Shown: positions 1 through 8,298 of the stretch, in pieces
Layout: each line of letters opens with the position of its first letter
Position numbering within the stretch: the stretch's first letter is position 1
Origin: Acidobacteriota bacterium
Lineage (GTDB): Bacteria; Acidobacteriota; UBA890; WLXD01
Length of the DNA stretch: 64,000 nucleotides
Direction of reading: 5' to 3'
Assembly: GCA_965248695.1 (NCBI GenBank)
Contig: CBDFKD010000002.1
Location: 4,736,001 to 4,800,000, forward strand
Made by a program: the position numbers and the translations under genes
The notes under the pieces: generated by a model
Seen by the model: the letters and a program-made list of their open reading frames with translations, nothing else
Told to the model about the DNA's origin: nothing
The model's database searches: none

Positions 1-369
1 TACGACGTTACCGGGGCCTGGCGTTTCAGGGACAATTGGGCCACCGTCGAAACGGTGGGTCAGCTGTACGACGGCAGCGCCATCGACGGTCCTGAGGATC
101 TGCGGCAGGCGCTATTGCAGTACTCCGAGGCGCTGATCACGAGTTTCACGCAAAACTTGATGGCATATGGATTGGGTAGGCGCGTGGAGTACGCTGATAT
201 GTCGGCGGTTCGCAGGATCGTCCATGCTGCGGCCGGCGACGGTGACAGGTTGTCTTCTCTGGTGCTGGGGGTGGTGAAGAGCGCCGCGTTCCAGAGCAAC
301 GAGCAACTCCGTCGAGTCGAAGTCACGGATGGCGTCGCGGAGTCGATGAAGAGCGTCGAGGAGGACTGA
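1..369 (+). CDS. DUF1592/DUF1588/DUF1585-type (PSD-domain) protein, C-terminal part; truncated by the window start
   Basis: Frame is open from base 1 (YDVTGAWR...). The C-terminus 'LMAYGLGRRVEYADMSAVRRIV...LSSLVLGVVKSAAFQ' matches the DUF1585 pattern. Its stop overlaps the ATG of a DUF1552 gene (TGATG), the usual pairing. Confidence 0.85.
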   Translation, partial: YDVTGAWRFRDNWATVETVGQLYDGSAIDGPEDLRQALLQYSEALITSFTQNLMAYGLGRRVEYADMSAVRRIVHAAAGDGDRLSSLVLGVVKSAAFQSNEQLRRVEVTDGVAESMKSVEED

Positions 370-1754
370 TGTACATCACAGGAAAGCGGATCCCGCGGCG
401 CACCGTCCTGCGGGGGGTCGGTGCGGCGGTGGCGTTGCCGTTCCTGGACTCGATGGTCCCAGCGGGAACCGTTTGGGCGAAGGTCTCTGAGGAGCTCGAT
501 CCGGTCCGCCTGATCTGCCTCGAGATGGTCCACGGCGCCGCCGGGAGCAGCAAGTACGGCGCCACCAAGAACTACTGGGCCCCGGCAGAGGAGGGCCGCG
601 AGTTTGACTTGAGTCCCAGCGCGTTGAGATCGCTGGAGCCGTTCCGTGACCGGCTGACGATTGTCAGCAATACCGACATCGAACCGGCGGAAGCGGTCAT
701 ACCCAAGGAGATCGGGGGCGACCACTACCGCTCGAGCGCTTGCTTCCTGACCCAGGCACACCCGCGCCAGACGGAAGGATCGGACGTCGAGGCCGGCACC
801 TCGCTCGACCAACTGTACGCACAGCGCTTCGGCCAGGACACGCCGGTCCCGGCGATGCAGCTCTGCATCGAGAACGTCGACCAGGCGGGGTCCTGCACCT
901 ACGGCTACGCCTGCGTCTATTCCGACACCATCAGCTGGGCCTCTTCGACCGAGCCGCTGCCGATGATCCGCGACCCGCGGGCGGTGTTCGACCGATTGTT
1001 CGGCGCCGGTGGGACGCCGGAGGAACGCGCCGCCCGGCGGCGCAGCAAGGCCAGCATCCTGGACTGGATCGCACAGGAGGCCGCCTACCTGAGGGCGGAG
1101 GTCGGACCCGAGGACCGCCGCCGATTGGACCGGTACCTGGAGAACGTGCGCGAGGTCGAGCGCCGCATCCAGAAGGTCGAGGAGCACAACACCAGCGGTG
1201 ATCTGCGGCAGCTCCCCGAAGCTCCGGCCGGAGTACCCGACTCCTTCGGCGATCACGTCCGGCTGATGTTCGACCTGCAGGCGTTGGCGTTCGCCGCCGA
1301 TGTCACGCGCGTGTTCTCGTTCAAGTTGGGGCGGGATGTCTCGGGTCGGATCTACCCCTCGAGCGGTGTGAACAAGCCGTTCCACCCGGCCTCGCATCAC
1401 GGCGATGTGGAGCAGAACATCGACGACTTCGCGCAGATCAACAACTACCACCTGAGCCTGGTTCCGTACCTGCTCGAGAAGCTGCAAGACCTGACGGAGG
1501 GCGACTCGAACCTGCTGGACAAGAGCATGGTGATCTACGGCTCCCCGATGGGAGATCCCAACGTGCACAACCACAAGCGCTGCCCGCTCTTCATCGTCGG
1601 CGGTGCCAAGGGTCGTCTCGAAGGGAACCTGCACCTGCGGGCGCCGGATGGAACTCCCATGGCCAACGTCATGCTCAGCCTGCTGCACACACTCGGGTTC
1701 GACGACATGCAGAGCTTCGGGAACAGCTCCGCGCCGTTCACATTGACTGGCTGA
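369..1754 (+). CDS. DUF1552 domain protein (HxxSHH family), Tat-like signal
   Basis: N-terminus 'IPRRTVLRGVGAAVALPFLDSM', 'HPASHH' motif, 'CxYGYACVY', 'NVHNH'. Confidence 0.9.
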   Translation: MYITGKRIPRRTVLRGVGAAVALPFLDSMVPAGTVWAKVSEELDPVRLICLEMVHGAAGSSKYGATKNYWAPAEEGREFDLSPSALRSLEPFRDRLTIVSNTDIEPAEAVIPKEIGGDHYRSSACFLTQAHPRQTEGSDVEAGTSLDQLYAQRFGQDTPVPAMQLCIENVDQAGSCTYGYACVYSDTISWASSTEPLPMIRDPRAVFDRLFGAGGTPEERAARRRSKASILDWIAQEAAYLRAEVGPEDRRRLDRYLENVREVERRIQKVEEHNTSGDLRQLPEAPAGVPDSFGDHVRLMFDLQALAFAADVTRVFSFKLGRDVSGRIYPSSGVNKPFHPASHHGDVEQNIDDFAQINNYHLSLVPYLLEKLQDLTEGDSNLLDKSMVIYGSPMGDPNVHNHKRCPLFIVGGAKGRLEGNLHLRAPDGTPMANVMLSLLHTLGFDDMQSFGNSSAPFTLTG

Positions 1755-1788
1755 GTTGCCTACCAGGCAGAAGGAGGAAAGCGGGACG

Positions 1789-3726
1789 ATGTCGCGATCC
1801 GCGCGAGCGGCCGCCGCCGACGCTCGCACCTGGTGCCTCGTCCTTTTGCTGGCCCTTGGGGCGCCCGCCCTGCTCGGGGCGAGTCCCGAGGACTCGTTTG
1901 TTGCCGACGCGGCCATGCGCGGCGACACGGAGACCGCCCGTTCCCTGCTGAGGAGCGGAGAGGACGTCAACGCCGCGCAGGCGGATGGCATGACGGCTCT
2001 CCACTGGGCCGCCGTCAACGACGAGGGCGAGCTCGCTGCGTTGCTCATCTACGCCGGTGCCAACCTGAAGGCGGGGACGCGGATCGGCAATTACTCGCCC
2101 CTCCATCTCGCCAGCCGCGCGGGCAGCGTCAAGGTGATGGCGACGTTGCTGCAAGCCGGCGCCGACCCGGACGCGCCGACGACCGCCGGCGGGGCCCGGC
2201 CGCTCCACTTCGCTGCCGGGATCGGTAGCACCGAGGCCATCGCGCTCTTGCTGCAGCATGGCTCCGACATCAACGCTACCGAAGACGCCTGGAGTCAGAC
2301 TCCACTGATGTTCGCCGCGGCCTCGGGTCGGGTCGATGCGGTGGACCTGCTGTTGCGGCACGGCGCTGACCCGGCGCTGACGAGCTCGGTCGTCGACATC
2401 GTCGAACGCGGCGCGTGGGATCGCGAGGAGATGCGTCGGCGCGCCCAGCAGAAGGCCGCGCTGCGCGCTCTCGAGGAAGAGGAAGAGGAGGAGCAGCCGG
2501 CGGCAGCCGAGGCCGAGGAAGGGGAGGAAGCCGAAGAGGGCGAGGAAGCGGAAGAGGGCGGGGAAGCGGGGGAGGCGACTCCCGTCAGTGAGACCCCCGA
2601 AAACCAGGAGACGGCGCAGGATGAGGAGGCCGTCGAGGGCGAGGAAGCGGAGGAGTCCGAGGAAGGCGTCGAGAGCGAGGGTGAGGGCAAAGGCGAGTCC
2701 GAGGAGGAAGGTAAGAAGGCGCCCATGGAGCGGCCGTCTTTCTTCGATCTCGTATTTGCTCATGGAGGATTGAGCGCGCTTCACTACGCCGCTCGCGAGG
2801 GCTACACGGATGCAGTTCTGGCGTTGCTGGAGGCCGGTGCCGATATCAACCAGGTGAGCGCCGGGGACCAGACCAGCCCGCTGTTGATCTCGATCTTGAA
2901 CGGCCACTTCGATCTGGCGCTGATCCTGTTGGAGGCCGGCGCCGATCCTCAGCGGGCGAGCGAGAACGGCGCGACGCCCCTCTTCCTGACGCTCAACACG
3001 CGCTGGATGCAGAAGTCGTCCTACCCGACGCAACAGGACGCCGCCATGCAGCAACAGGCAACGTATCTGGAGCTAATGGAGGCGTTGCTGGCCGCCGGCG
3101 CAGATCCCAACGTGCGACTGAAGAAACATCTCTGGTACAACGGCTTCAACTTCGATCTGCTGCCGGACGCAACCGGCGCTACGCCATTTTGGCGAGCCGC
3201 CTTTGCCCTTGACATCGACGCGATGAAGCTCCTGGTGGCCTACGGTGCTGACCCGGATGTCACGACGCTCAAGTTGCCGGAGCGCCGCCGCCGCCGGGGT
3301 CGCTCGCAACAAGAGGAGGACCTCTCGGGGCTGCCGCCTGTCGAGATCGGAGGCCCGGCAGCCTATCCGATCCATGCTGCGACGGGCCTGGCCTATGGCG
3401 AGGGATTCGCCGCCAACCAGCACCGCCACGTGCCGGACGGCTGGATGGCAGCGCTGACGTATCTGGTCGAAGATATCGGGGCCGACGTCAACGCCCGGGA
3501 CCACAACGGCTACGCACCGCTGCACAATGCGGCGGCGCGCGGCGACCTGGACATGGTGCGCTATCTCGTGTCGAAGGGCGCCGATGTCACCGCCGTGAGT
3601 CGCAAGGGACAGACCACAGCCGACATGGCGAATGGCCCAGTCCAGCGCATCCAGCCCTTTACCGAAACCTTGGCGCTGCTCGAGTCGCTGGGCGCAGAGA
3701 ACAACCACAACTGCATTTCTTGTTGA
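1789..3726 (+). CDS. Secreted ankyrin-repeat protein with Glu-rich insertion
   Basis: Multiple ankyrin repeats (GMTALHWAA, YSPLHLAS, TPLMFAA, ALHYAAREG, APLHNAAARGD). Hydrophobic signal peptide. AGGAGG upstream of ATG 1789. C-terminal CISC. Confidence 0.9.
   Translation: MSRSARAAAADARTWCLVLLLALGAPALLGASPEDSFVADAAMRGDTETARSLLRSGEDVNAAQADGMTALHWAAVNDEGELAALLIYAGANLKAGTRIGNYSPLHLASRAGSVKVMATLLQAGADPDAPTTAGGARPLHFAAGIGSTEAIALLLQHGSDINATEDAWSQTPLMFAAASGRVDAVDLLLRHGADPALTSSVVDIVERGAWDREEMRRRAQQKAALRALEEEEEEEQPAAAEAEEGEEAEEGEEAEEGGEAGEATPVSETPENQETAQDEEAVEGEEAEESEEGVESEGEGKGESEEEGKKAPMERPSFFDLVFAHGGLSALHYAAREGYTDAVLALLEAGADINQVSAGDQTSPLLISILNGHFDLALILLEAGADPQRASENGATPLFLTLNTRWMQKSSYPTQQDAAMQQQATYLELMEALLAAGADPNVRLKKHLWYNGFNFDLLPDATGATPFWRAAFALDIDAMKLLVAYGADPDVTTLKLPERRRRRGRSQQEEDLSGLPPVEIGGPAAYPIHAATGLAYGEGFAANQHRHVPDGWMAALTYLVEDIGADVNARDHNGYAPLHNAAARGDLDMVRYLVSKGADVTAVSRKGQTTADMANGPVQRIQPFTETLALLESLGAENNHNCISC
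2509..2580 (+). repeat. Imperfect 18-bp tandem repeat (about 4 units, EAEEGE-like) within the ankyrin gene
   Basis: gaggccgaggaaggggag / gaagccgaagagggcgag / gaagcggaagagggcggg / gaagcgggggaggcgact. Confidence 0.8.
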
Positions 3727-3780
3727 TGCTGGTCCACGGTTGCTGGCACTGAGGTGTGGGTGCCCCGCTACTCCGGAAGG

Positions 3781-4413
3781 CTATGGCTGTTCGGGCTGCA
3801 GATCCTTGCTGGCTAGCAGCGCCGCCGCGCCGATCATCATCGCGCCGCAGCCTCGGTTGATCCAGTCCGAGGAGAGCGTGCGGATGCCATGCGCCGCGTA
3901 CGCCGACAACCAGCCCCACCCAAGCAGGATGAACCCGTCGACGACCAGGTAGGTGCTGCCCAAGATAGCGAGCTGCGGGGCGGTAGCGAGTGACGGATCC
4001 AGAAACTGCGGAAACAGCGCGGCGAAGAACACCACCGCGAAGGGATTGGCGCTCGAGGTAATGAACCCCTGGCGGAACAGCTGCCAGCCGGATTTCGACT
4101 CAACGGGAGGAGCTGTTGCGGTCTCGCCCGATGAGAGCATCAGTCGCAGGCCGATCCAGGCTAGATACGCGACTCCGGCCCACTTGATCATCTGGAAGGT
4201 CTGCGCGGATGTCGCAATGGTCGCTGCAAGTCCGAATGCTGCGGCCGTCATTTGAACGCAGTTTGCGGTCAGATCGCCGACGATCGTCCAACAGCTGCGG
4301 CGTAATCCGTGTCGGGCGCTGTTGGAGATGACCAGGAGCTGGCTGGTATCGGGGGGCGTGGCGAAGAACACGAACACGGCGGCGAGATAGAGCCAGTAGG
4401 TCTCCCAGAGCAT
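3781..4413 (-). CDS. LysE/RhtB family amino-acid exporter
   Basis: 210-aa hydrophobic protein with 'IKWAGVAYLAWIG' and 'QGFITSSANPFAVVFFAALFPQF'. Confidence 0.9.
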   Translation of the reverse strand: MLWETYWLYLAAVFVFFATPPDTSQLLVISNSARHGLRRSCWTIVGDLTANCVQMTAAAFGLAATIATSAQTFQMIKWAGVAYLAWIGLRLMLSSGETATAPPVESKSGWQLFRQGFITSSANPFAVVFFAALFPQFLDPSLATAPQLAILGSTYLVVDGFILLGWGWLSAYAAHGIRTLSSDWINRGCGAMMIGAAALLASKDLQPEQP

Positions 4414-4444
4414 GGTGTCTCCTAGACTGAACGATTCTTCGACT

Positions 4445-5128
4445 CTAAAACAGGGAGCGGATCAGGTCCTCTTGAAAATCCGATCCGGGTGCCAGGTAAC
4501 CACCCAGCACGGCGCGACGATGCTCGGAACCCTCCTGTCGGCGGTCGATCAGGACGCTCCCGTCCAGCGCCTGTATGACCACGTGGAGCGTGTCGCCCCG
4601 GATGCGGTACCAGGTAGTGTCGCCATCCCTGATGCCGCGATCGCGGATCGGCTCGTACTGAGTCTCGATTTTGACGAGCAGGCTCCGATGTTCCTCGGCG
4701 GAGAGGAGGCCGGCGTCCCGAGCAGTTTCCAGGTTCTCGCGGATGCCGTCCAGTAGCTGCTCGAGGCTGATATTGCGGAGGAAGCTGCTCCGAACCAGCA
4801 CGTTTCGGGATTCGATGGCGGCGCTTGCGACTGACTCAGCCAGCCCGCCACTCCACTCTCGGCCCTCGATCAATCGCTCCAGCTCGCTGGCAGTTTGCTC
4901 TCCGAACCGCAGTGTCAGGCGCAGGACGTCCACTTGGAAGATCGTTCGCTCGTACAGCATTTCCATCGAGGCGAACGGACCGGTGGCCAGTCCGTCGCCG
5001 TCCACCGGAATCGAGGCGGCGAGCTCGTCCTGCGCCCGGACGGCAGGAGCGGCCCCTGGCACAGCGAACACGAGCGTCAGCGCCAGCAGTGCGATCTCGA
5101 GGCGGGCAATGAGTCGGCCGTGATGCAC
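4445..5128 (-). CDS. Secreted hypothetical protein, probable chalcone-isomerase-like fold
   Basis: Probable GTG start at 5128 followed by a signal peptide ending ...AVRA-Q. The 'ERTIFQVDV' and 'FLRNISLEQLLDGIRENL' segments and the C-terminal 'AVLGGYLAP...EDLIRSLF' resemble bacterial CHI-like proteins. Start is uncertain. Confidence 0.55.
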   Translation of the reverse strand: MHHGRLIARLEIALLALTLVFAVPGAAPAVRAQDELAASIPVDGDGLATGPFASMEMLYERTIFQVDVLRLTLRFGEQTASELERLIEGREWSGGLAESVASAAIESRNVLVRSSFLRNISLEQLLDGIRENLETARDAGLLSAEEHRSLLVKIETQYEPIRDRGIRDGDTTWYRIRGDTLHVVIQALDGSVLIDRRQEGSEHRRAVLGGYLAPGSDFQEDLIRSLF

Positions 5129-5304
5129 GTGGTCCCAAACAGTTCCCGGTAGAAGTGGTCGCGCTGATCGTGGTGGGCAGGCCACCGCCCGCGGTACCTG
5201 TTGGCCAGGCACGACTACGGGCGCCGCATTTTCCAAGGGTAACCGCAGCGCGGCGCCCGTGTCCGGTTGCAATAACCCGAAGTGCCGCGCTGTAGAGTCT
5301 TGGA

Positions 5305-6006
5305 GTGCTCGCACTCCGTAGTCGCGCAATCGTGCCAGAGGTCATGGATCAGCCTGGCCTCGACGCGGATGTCCATCGGCACGCCCTCGTGGGCCTGACC
5401 AGAGTGAATCGGCTCTCGCGGGTGTCCTCGACGATCTGGCGGGGGGTGTTCTCGGCGCTCGACACCTCGCCCACGCTCAGCGTGCTCGATCTCGGCTGCG
5501 CCTCGGGCGATGTTGCGCTGGGGCTGTATCAACGTGCCTCGGCCGCTGGCGTTCAGCTTCGTATCGAAGGTTGGGACATCAGCCCGCGGGCGGTCGATCG
5601 GGCACGACGCGCGGCGGAGCGAATGCGTGTTCCGGCGCGCTTTCGCGTACGTGATGTCCTCGTCGACGAGTTGCCGGGTGGATACGATGTGATCATGAGC
5701 AACTTGCTGATCCACCATCTCCACGACTCCGACGCCGCGCGACTGCTCGAGCGCATGGGTGCCGCTGCGGGTCGACTCGTGGTGATCGACGATCTCGTCC
5801 GCGGAGCCACGGGATACCTCCTGGCATTCGTGGGGACGCGCATGCTGAGCAGGTCGAGCGTCGTACACACCGACGGCCCGCGCTCCGTACGCGCCGCGTT
5901 CACGCCGGCCGAGGTGGCCGCGATGGCTCGTTCGGTGGGTCTGCGGCATGTTCGCACCCGTCGACACTGGCCGTGCCGATATCTGTTGCTGGCCGAGCCC
6001 CGATGA
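5305..6006 (+). CDS. Class I SAM-dependent methyltransferase (type III PKS-associated)
   Basis: 'VLDLGCASGD' motif I, 'PEVMDQP', 'NLLIHHL', 'HTDGPRSVRAAFT'. ATGA overlap with the next gene. Confidence 0.88.
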   Translation: MLALRSRAIVPEVMDQPGLDADVHRHALVGLTRVNRLSRVSSTIWRGVFSALDTSPTLSVLDLGCASGDVALGLYQRASAAGVQLRIEGWDISPRAVDRARRAAERMRVPARFRVRDVLVDELPGGYDVIMSNLLIHHLHDSDAARLLERMGAAAGRLVVIDDLVRGATGYLLAFVGTRMLSRSSVVHTDGPRSVRAAFTPAEVAAMARSVGLRHVRTRRHWPCRYLLLAEPR

Positions 6007-7145
6007 CGAACTCACACCTGATCGTACCGACGGTTCCGATGCCGACGCCGGATGCGCTCTGGGACCTGGTGATCATCGGCGCCGGGCCCGCCGGGTGTGC
6101 AGCGGCGATCACCGCTCGTCGCCAGGGCCTGCGCGTGTTGCTCGTCGAACGATCGAAGTTGCCGCGCTACAAGGTTTGCGGCTGCTGCTTGTCACCCCAG
6201 TCGCTAGCCTCTGTAAGGTCCTTCGGCATCCCTGTCGATGCCGCCGGTGCGCCACTTCACAAAGCGAGCATCCGTGGCTGGGGACAGCACGTCGAACTGC
6301 AGCTCGACGATCAGATTGCCGCATCGCGCGCCTGGCTCGATGCCCACCTGGCTCAGCGTGCTGTCGCTGCTGGCGTCGCCCTGCTGCATCCGGTCTCAGC
6401 GCACCTGGGCCGAAGCGCGCCCCAATGGAGGTTCGTGACGCTACGGTCTGCGAACGCCTCAGCGCGGGTTCGGGCACGCCTGGTGATTGCGGCGGACGGG
6501 CTGGGAAGTGGCAGCGAAGTCGGAAAGATGGCCCGGAAGCCAAGTCAGGTCGGAGTGGGGACGACGTTTGCCGCCGACACGGATGGGTTCGAGCGCGGTG
6601 TCGTCCATATGGCCGTTGGAGCCTCGGGCTACGTCGGTGTCGTTCGCCTCGAAGACGGCACCGTCAACGTCGCCGCGTCGCTGCGACGTGAGGCCCTGAG
6701 CGGATCCGACGTCATGGCGGCAACCGGCCAGCTACTTGACGATGCCGGAATGGCCCGACTGCCGGACGGCGGTGCGTGGCGCGGCACCCAGGGCCTCCGA
6801 TTCCGGCCCCGGCTCGCCACCCGGCATCGGGTCATCGCGGCGGGCGACGCGGCCGGGTTCTGGGAGCCGTTTACCGGGGAAGGGATCGGCTGGGCGCTTG
6901 ATGCCGGCGTTCGCGCCGGGGCCGCTGCGGCCGAGCTATCGGAGCACTGGAGCGAGCCGCGGGCGAAGCACTGGACGCGCGAGCAGGGCCGCTGGATCAG
7001 CGGACGTCAACGTCGGAGTCGTGCCGTCGGGCTGCTGGCGCAGTGGCCGTGGATGGGAGCATTGTCGCTTCGCGCCCTGCGGGCGCGGCCGCAACTGGCT
7101 CGATTCGTGATGCCGCGCGCGGATGCCACGGTGACGGCGTGGTGA
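6003..7145 (+). CDS. NAD(P)/FAD-dependent oxidoreductase (geranylgeranyl-reductase-like flavoprotein)
   Basis: 'IIGAGPAG', 'KVCGCCLS', 'IAADG', 'AGDAAGFWEPFTGEGI'. Coupled to both neighbours. Confidence 0.88.
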   Translation: MTNSHLIVPTVPMPTPDALWDLVIIGAGPAGCAAAITARRQGLRVLLVERSKLPRYKVCGCCLSPQSLASVRSFGIPVDAAGAPLHKASIRGWGQHVELQLDDQIAASRAWLDAHLAQRAVAAGVALLHPVSAHLGRSAPQWRFVTLRSANASARVRARLVIAADGLGSGSEVGKMARKPSQVGVGTTFAADTDGFERGVVHMAVGASGYVGVVRLEDGTVNVAASLRREALSGSDVMAATGQLLDDAGMARLPDGGAWRGTQGLRFRPRLATRHRVIAAGDAAGFWEPFTGEGIGWALDAGVRAGAAAAELSEHWSEPRAKHWTREQGRWISGRQRRSRAVGLLAQWPWMGALSLRALRARPQLARFVMPRADATVTAW

Positions 7146-8227
7146 ATAGGAGCGTCGTCAACATATGCGGCGTTGGCACTGGGGTGCCAGCCCTATCGAT
7201 CGCACAGGACGATGCAGCGGCGCTCAGCGCTGAGCTGGTGTGCCGAGATTCGCGACAGGAGCGTACGCTGCACAAGCTCTTCCGCCGCGCCGGCGTCGAG
7301 CGTCGACACAGCGTCCTGCTCGAATCAACGACGACGCCTTGGCAGAGCTTCTATCCGCCGCGGCAGGAAACCGCCCACGACGGCCCGTCGACCGGCGATC
7401 GGATGGAATCCTACGAGCAACACGCTGTTGAGTTGGGGCGCCTCGCGTCGCGAAACGCGCTGGCGGATGCGGACGTGTCGCCTGATGACGTCAGTCATCT
7501 GCTGACGGTGTCGTGCACGGGTTTCTTTGCCCCCGGTCTCGACGCCGGCTTGGTCTCGGCGCTCGGACTGAGCGCCGACGTCACGCGAGCCCATCTCGGG
7601 TTCATGGGATGTCACGGTCTGCTCAATGCGCTGGCGCTGGCACGTCCGATCGTCCGGAGTGATACCGACGCCCGGGTGCTGCTGTGCGCAGTCGAGCTGT
7701 GCAGCCTCCACTACAGCTACCGGTGGGATTCCGAGCGGCTGGTCGCCAACGCCCTGTTCGCCGACGGCGCCGCGGCTTTGCTCGTCGGGGGTGGCACGCC
7801 GATATTGAGCGTCTCGGCGCAGGGGTCGACGCTCCTACCGGACAGCGCCGAGGCGATGACCTGGCGGATTCGCGATCACGGCTTCGAGATGACGCTATCC
7901 TCCAACTTACCGGCGCTCATCCGGGATGGCGCAGCCCAGTGGGTGCGCGCCTGGCTCGCGGCACAGGGCGTCCGTCCGAGTGAGGTCAGGACCTGGGCAG
8001 TGCACCCGGGCGGCCCACGGATTCTGCGCGCTTTCGCCGAGGCGCTGGAGTTGGACGACGATGCGATGGCTCTTTCCCGAGGCATCCTCGAGCGCTACGG
8101 CAACATGTCATCCGCCACCATCGGGTTCATCCTCGCGACGGCGCGCGATCAGGAGCTCGTTGGTCCTGGCGTTGCCATCGGACTGGGCCCGGGGCTGACC
8201 GTCGAGGCAATGCTGTTCGACGCCTAG
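7142..8227 (+). CDS. Type III polyketide synthase (chalcone/stilbene synthase family)
   Basis: Cys-His-Asn triad contexts 'GFMGCHG', 'AVHPGGPRIL', 'YGNMSS'; also 'ELCSLH', 'LFADGAAA', 'GPGLTVE'. GTG start overlaps the upstream TGA. Confidence 0.95.
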   Translation: MNRSVVNICGVGTGVPALSIAQDDAAALSAELVCRDSRQERTLHKLFRRAGVERRHSVLLESTTTPWQSFYPPRQETAHDGPSTGDRMESYEQHAVELGRLASRNALADADVSPDDVSHLLTVSCTGFFAPGLDAGLVSALGLSADVTRAHLGFMGCHGLLNALALARPIVRSDTDARVLLCAVELCSLHYSYRWDSERLVANALFADGAAALLVGGGTPILSVSAQGSTLLPDSAEAMTWRIRDHGFEMTLSSNLPALIRDGAAQWVRAWLAAQGVRPSEVRTWAVHPGGPRILRAFAEALELDDDAMALSRGILERYGNMSSATIGFILATARDQELVGPGVAIGLGPGLTVEAMLFDA

Positions 8228-8298
8228 GGGTCCGGAGCGGCGGCGCGGTGGCTCGAGCCGCGCGCGGAGTGTCGGTCCATCCTGGCCCGAGCAGTCCT

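Noticed and set aside
60-2048. Long antisense ORFs (e.g. 60-2048, 12059-13501, 30395-32188, 35344-36657, 56463-57854)
   Set aside because: They mirror well-supported genes on the opposite strand and have no family motifs. Such shadow ORFs are expected in GC-rich DNA with few stop codons.
2470-2715. Repeat tracts as a CRISPR array or mobile element
   Set aside because: The repeats are degenerate, codon-phased, have no spacers and lie inside coding sequence. No cas or transposase genes are present.
8228-8298. Intrinsic terminator between the PKS and DUF5916 genes
   Set aside because: Only an imperfect GC-rich dyad around GGCTCGAGCC with no U-tract; not distinguishable from chance at this GC content.
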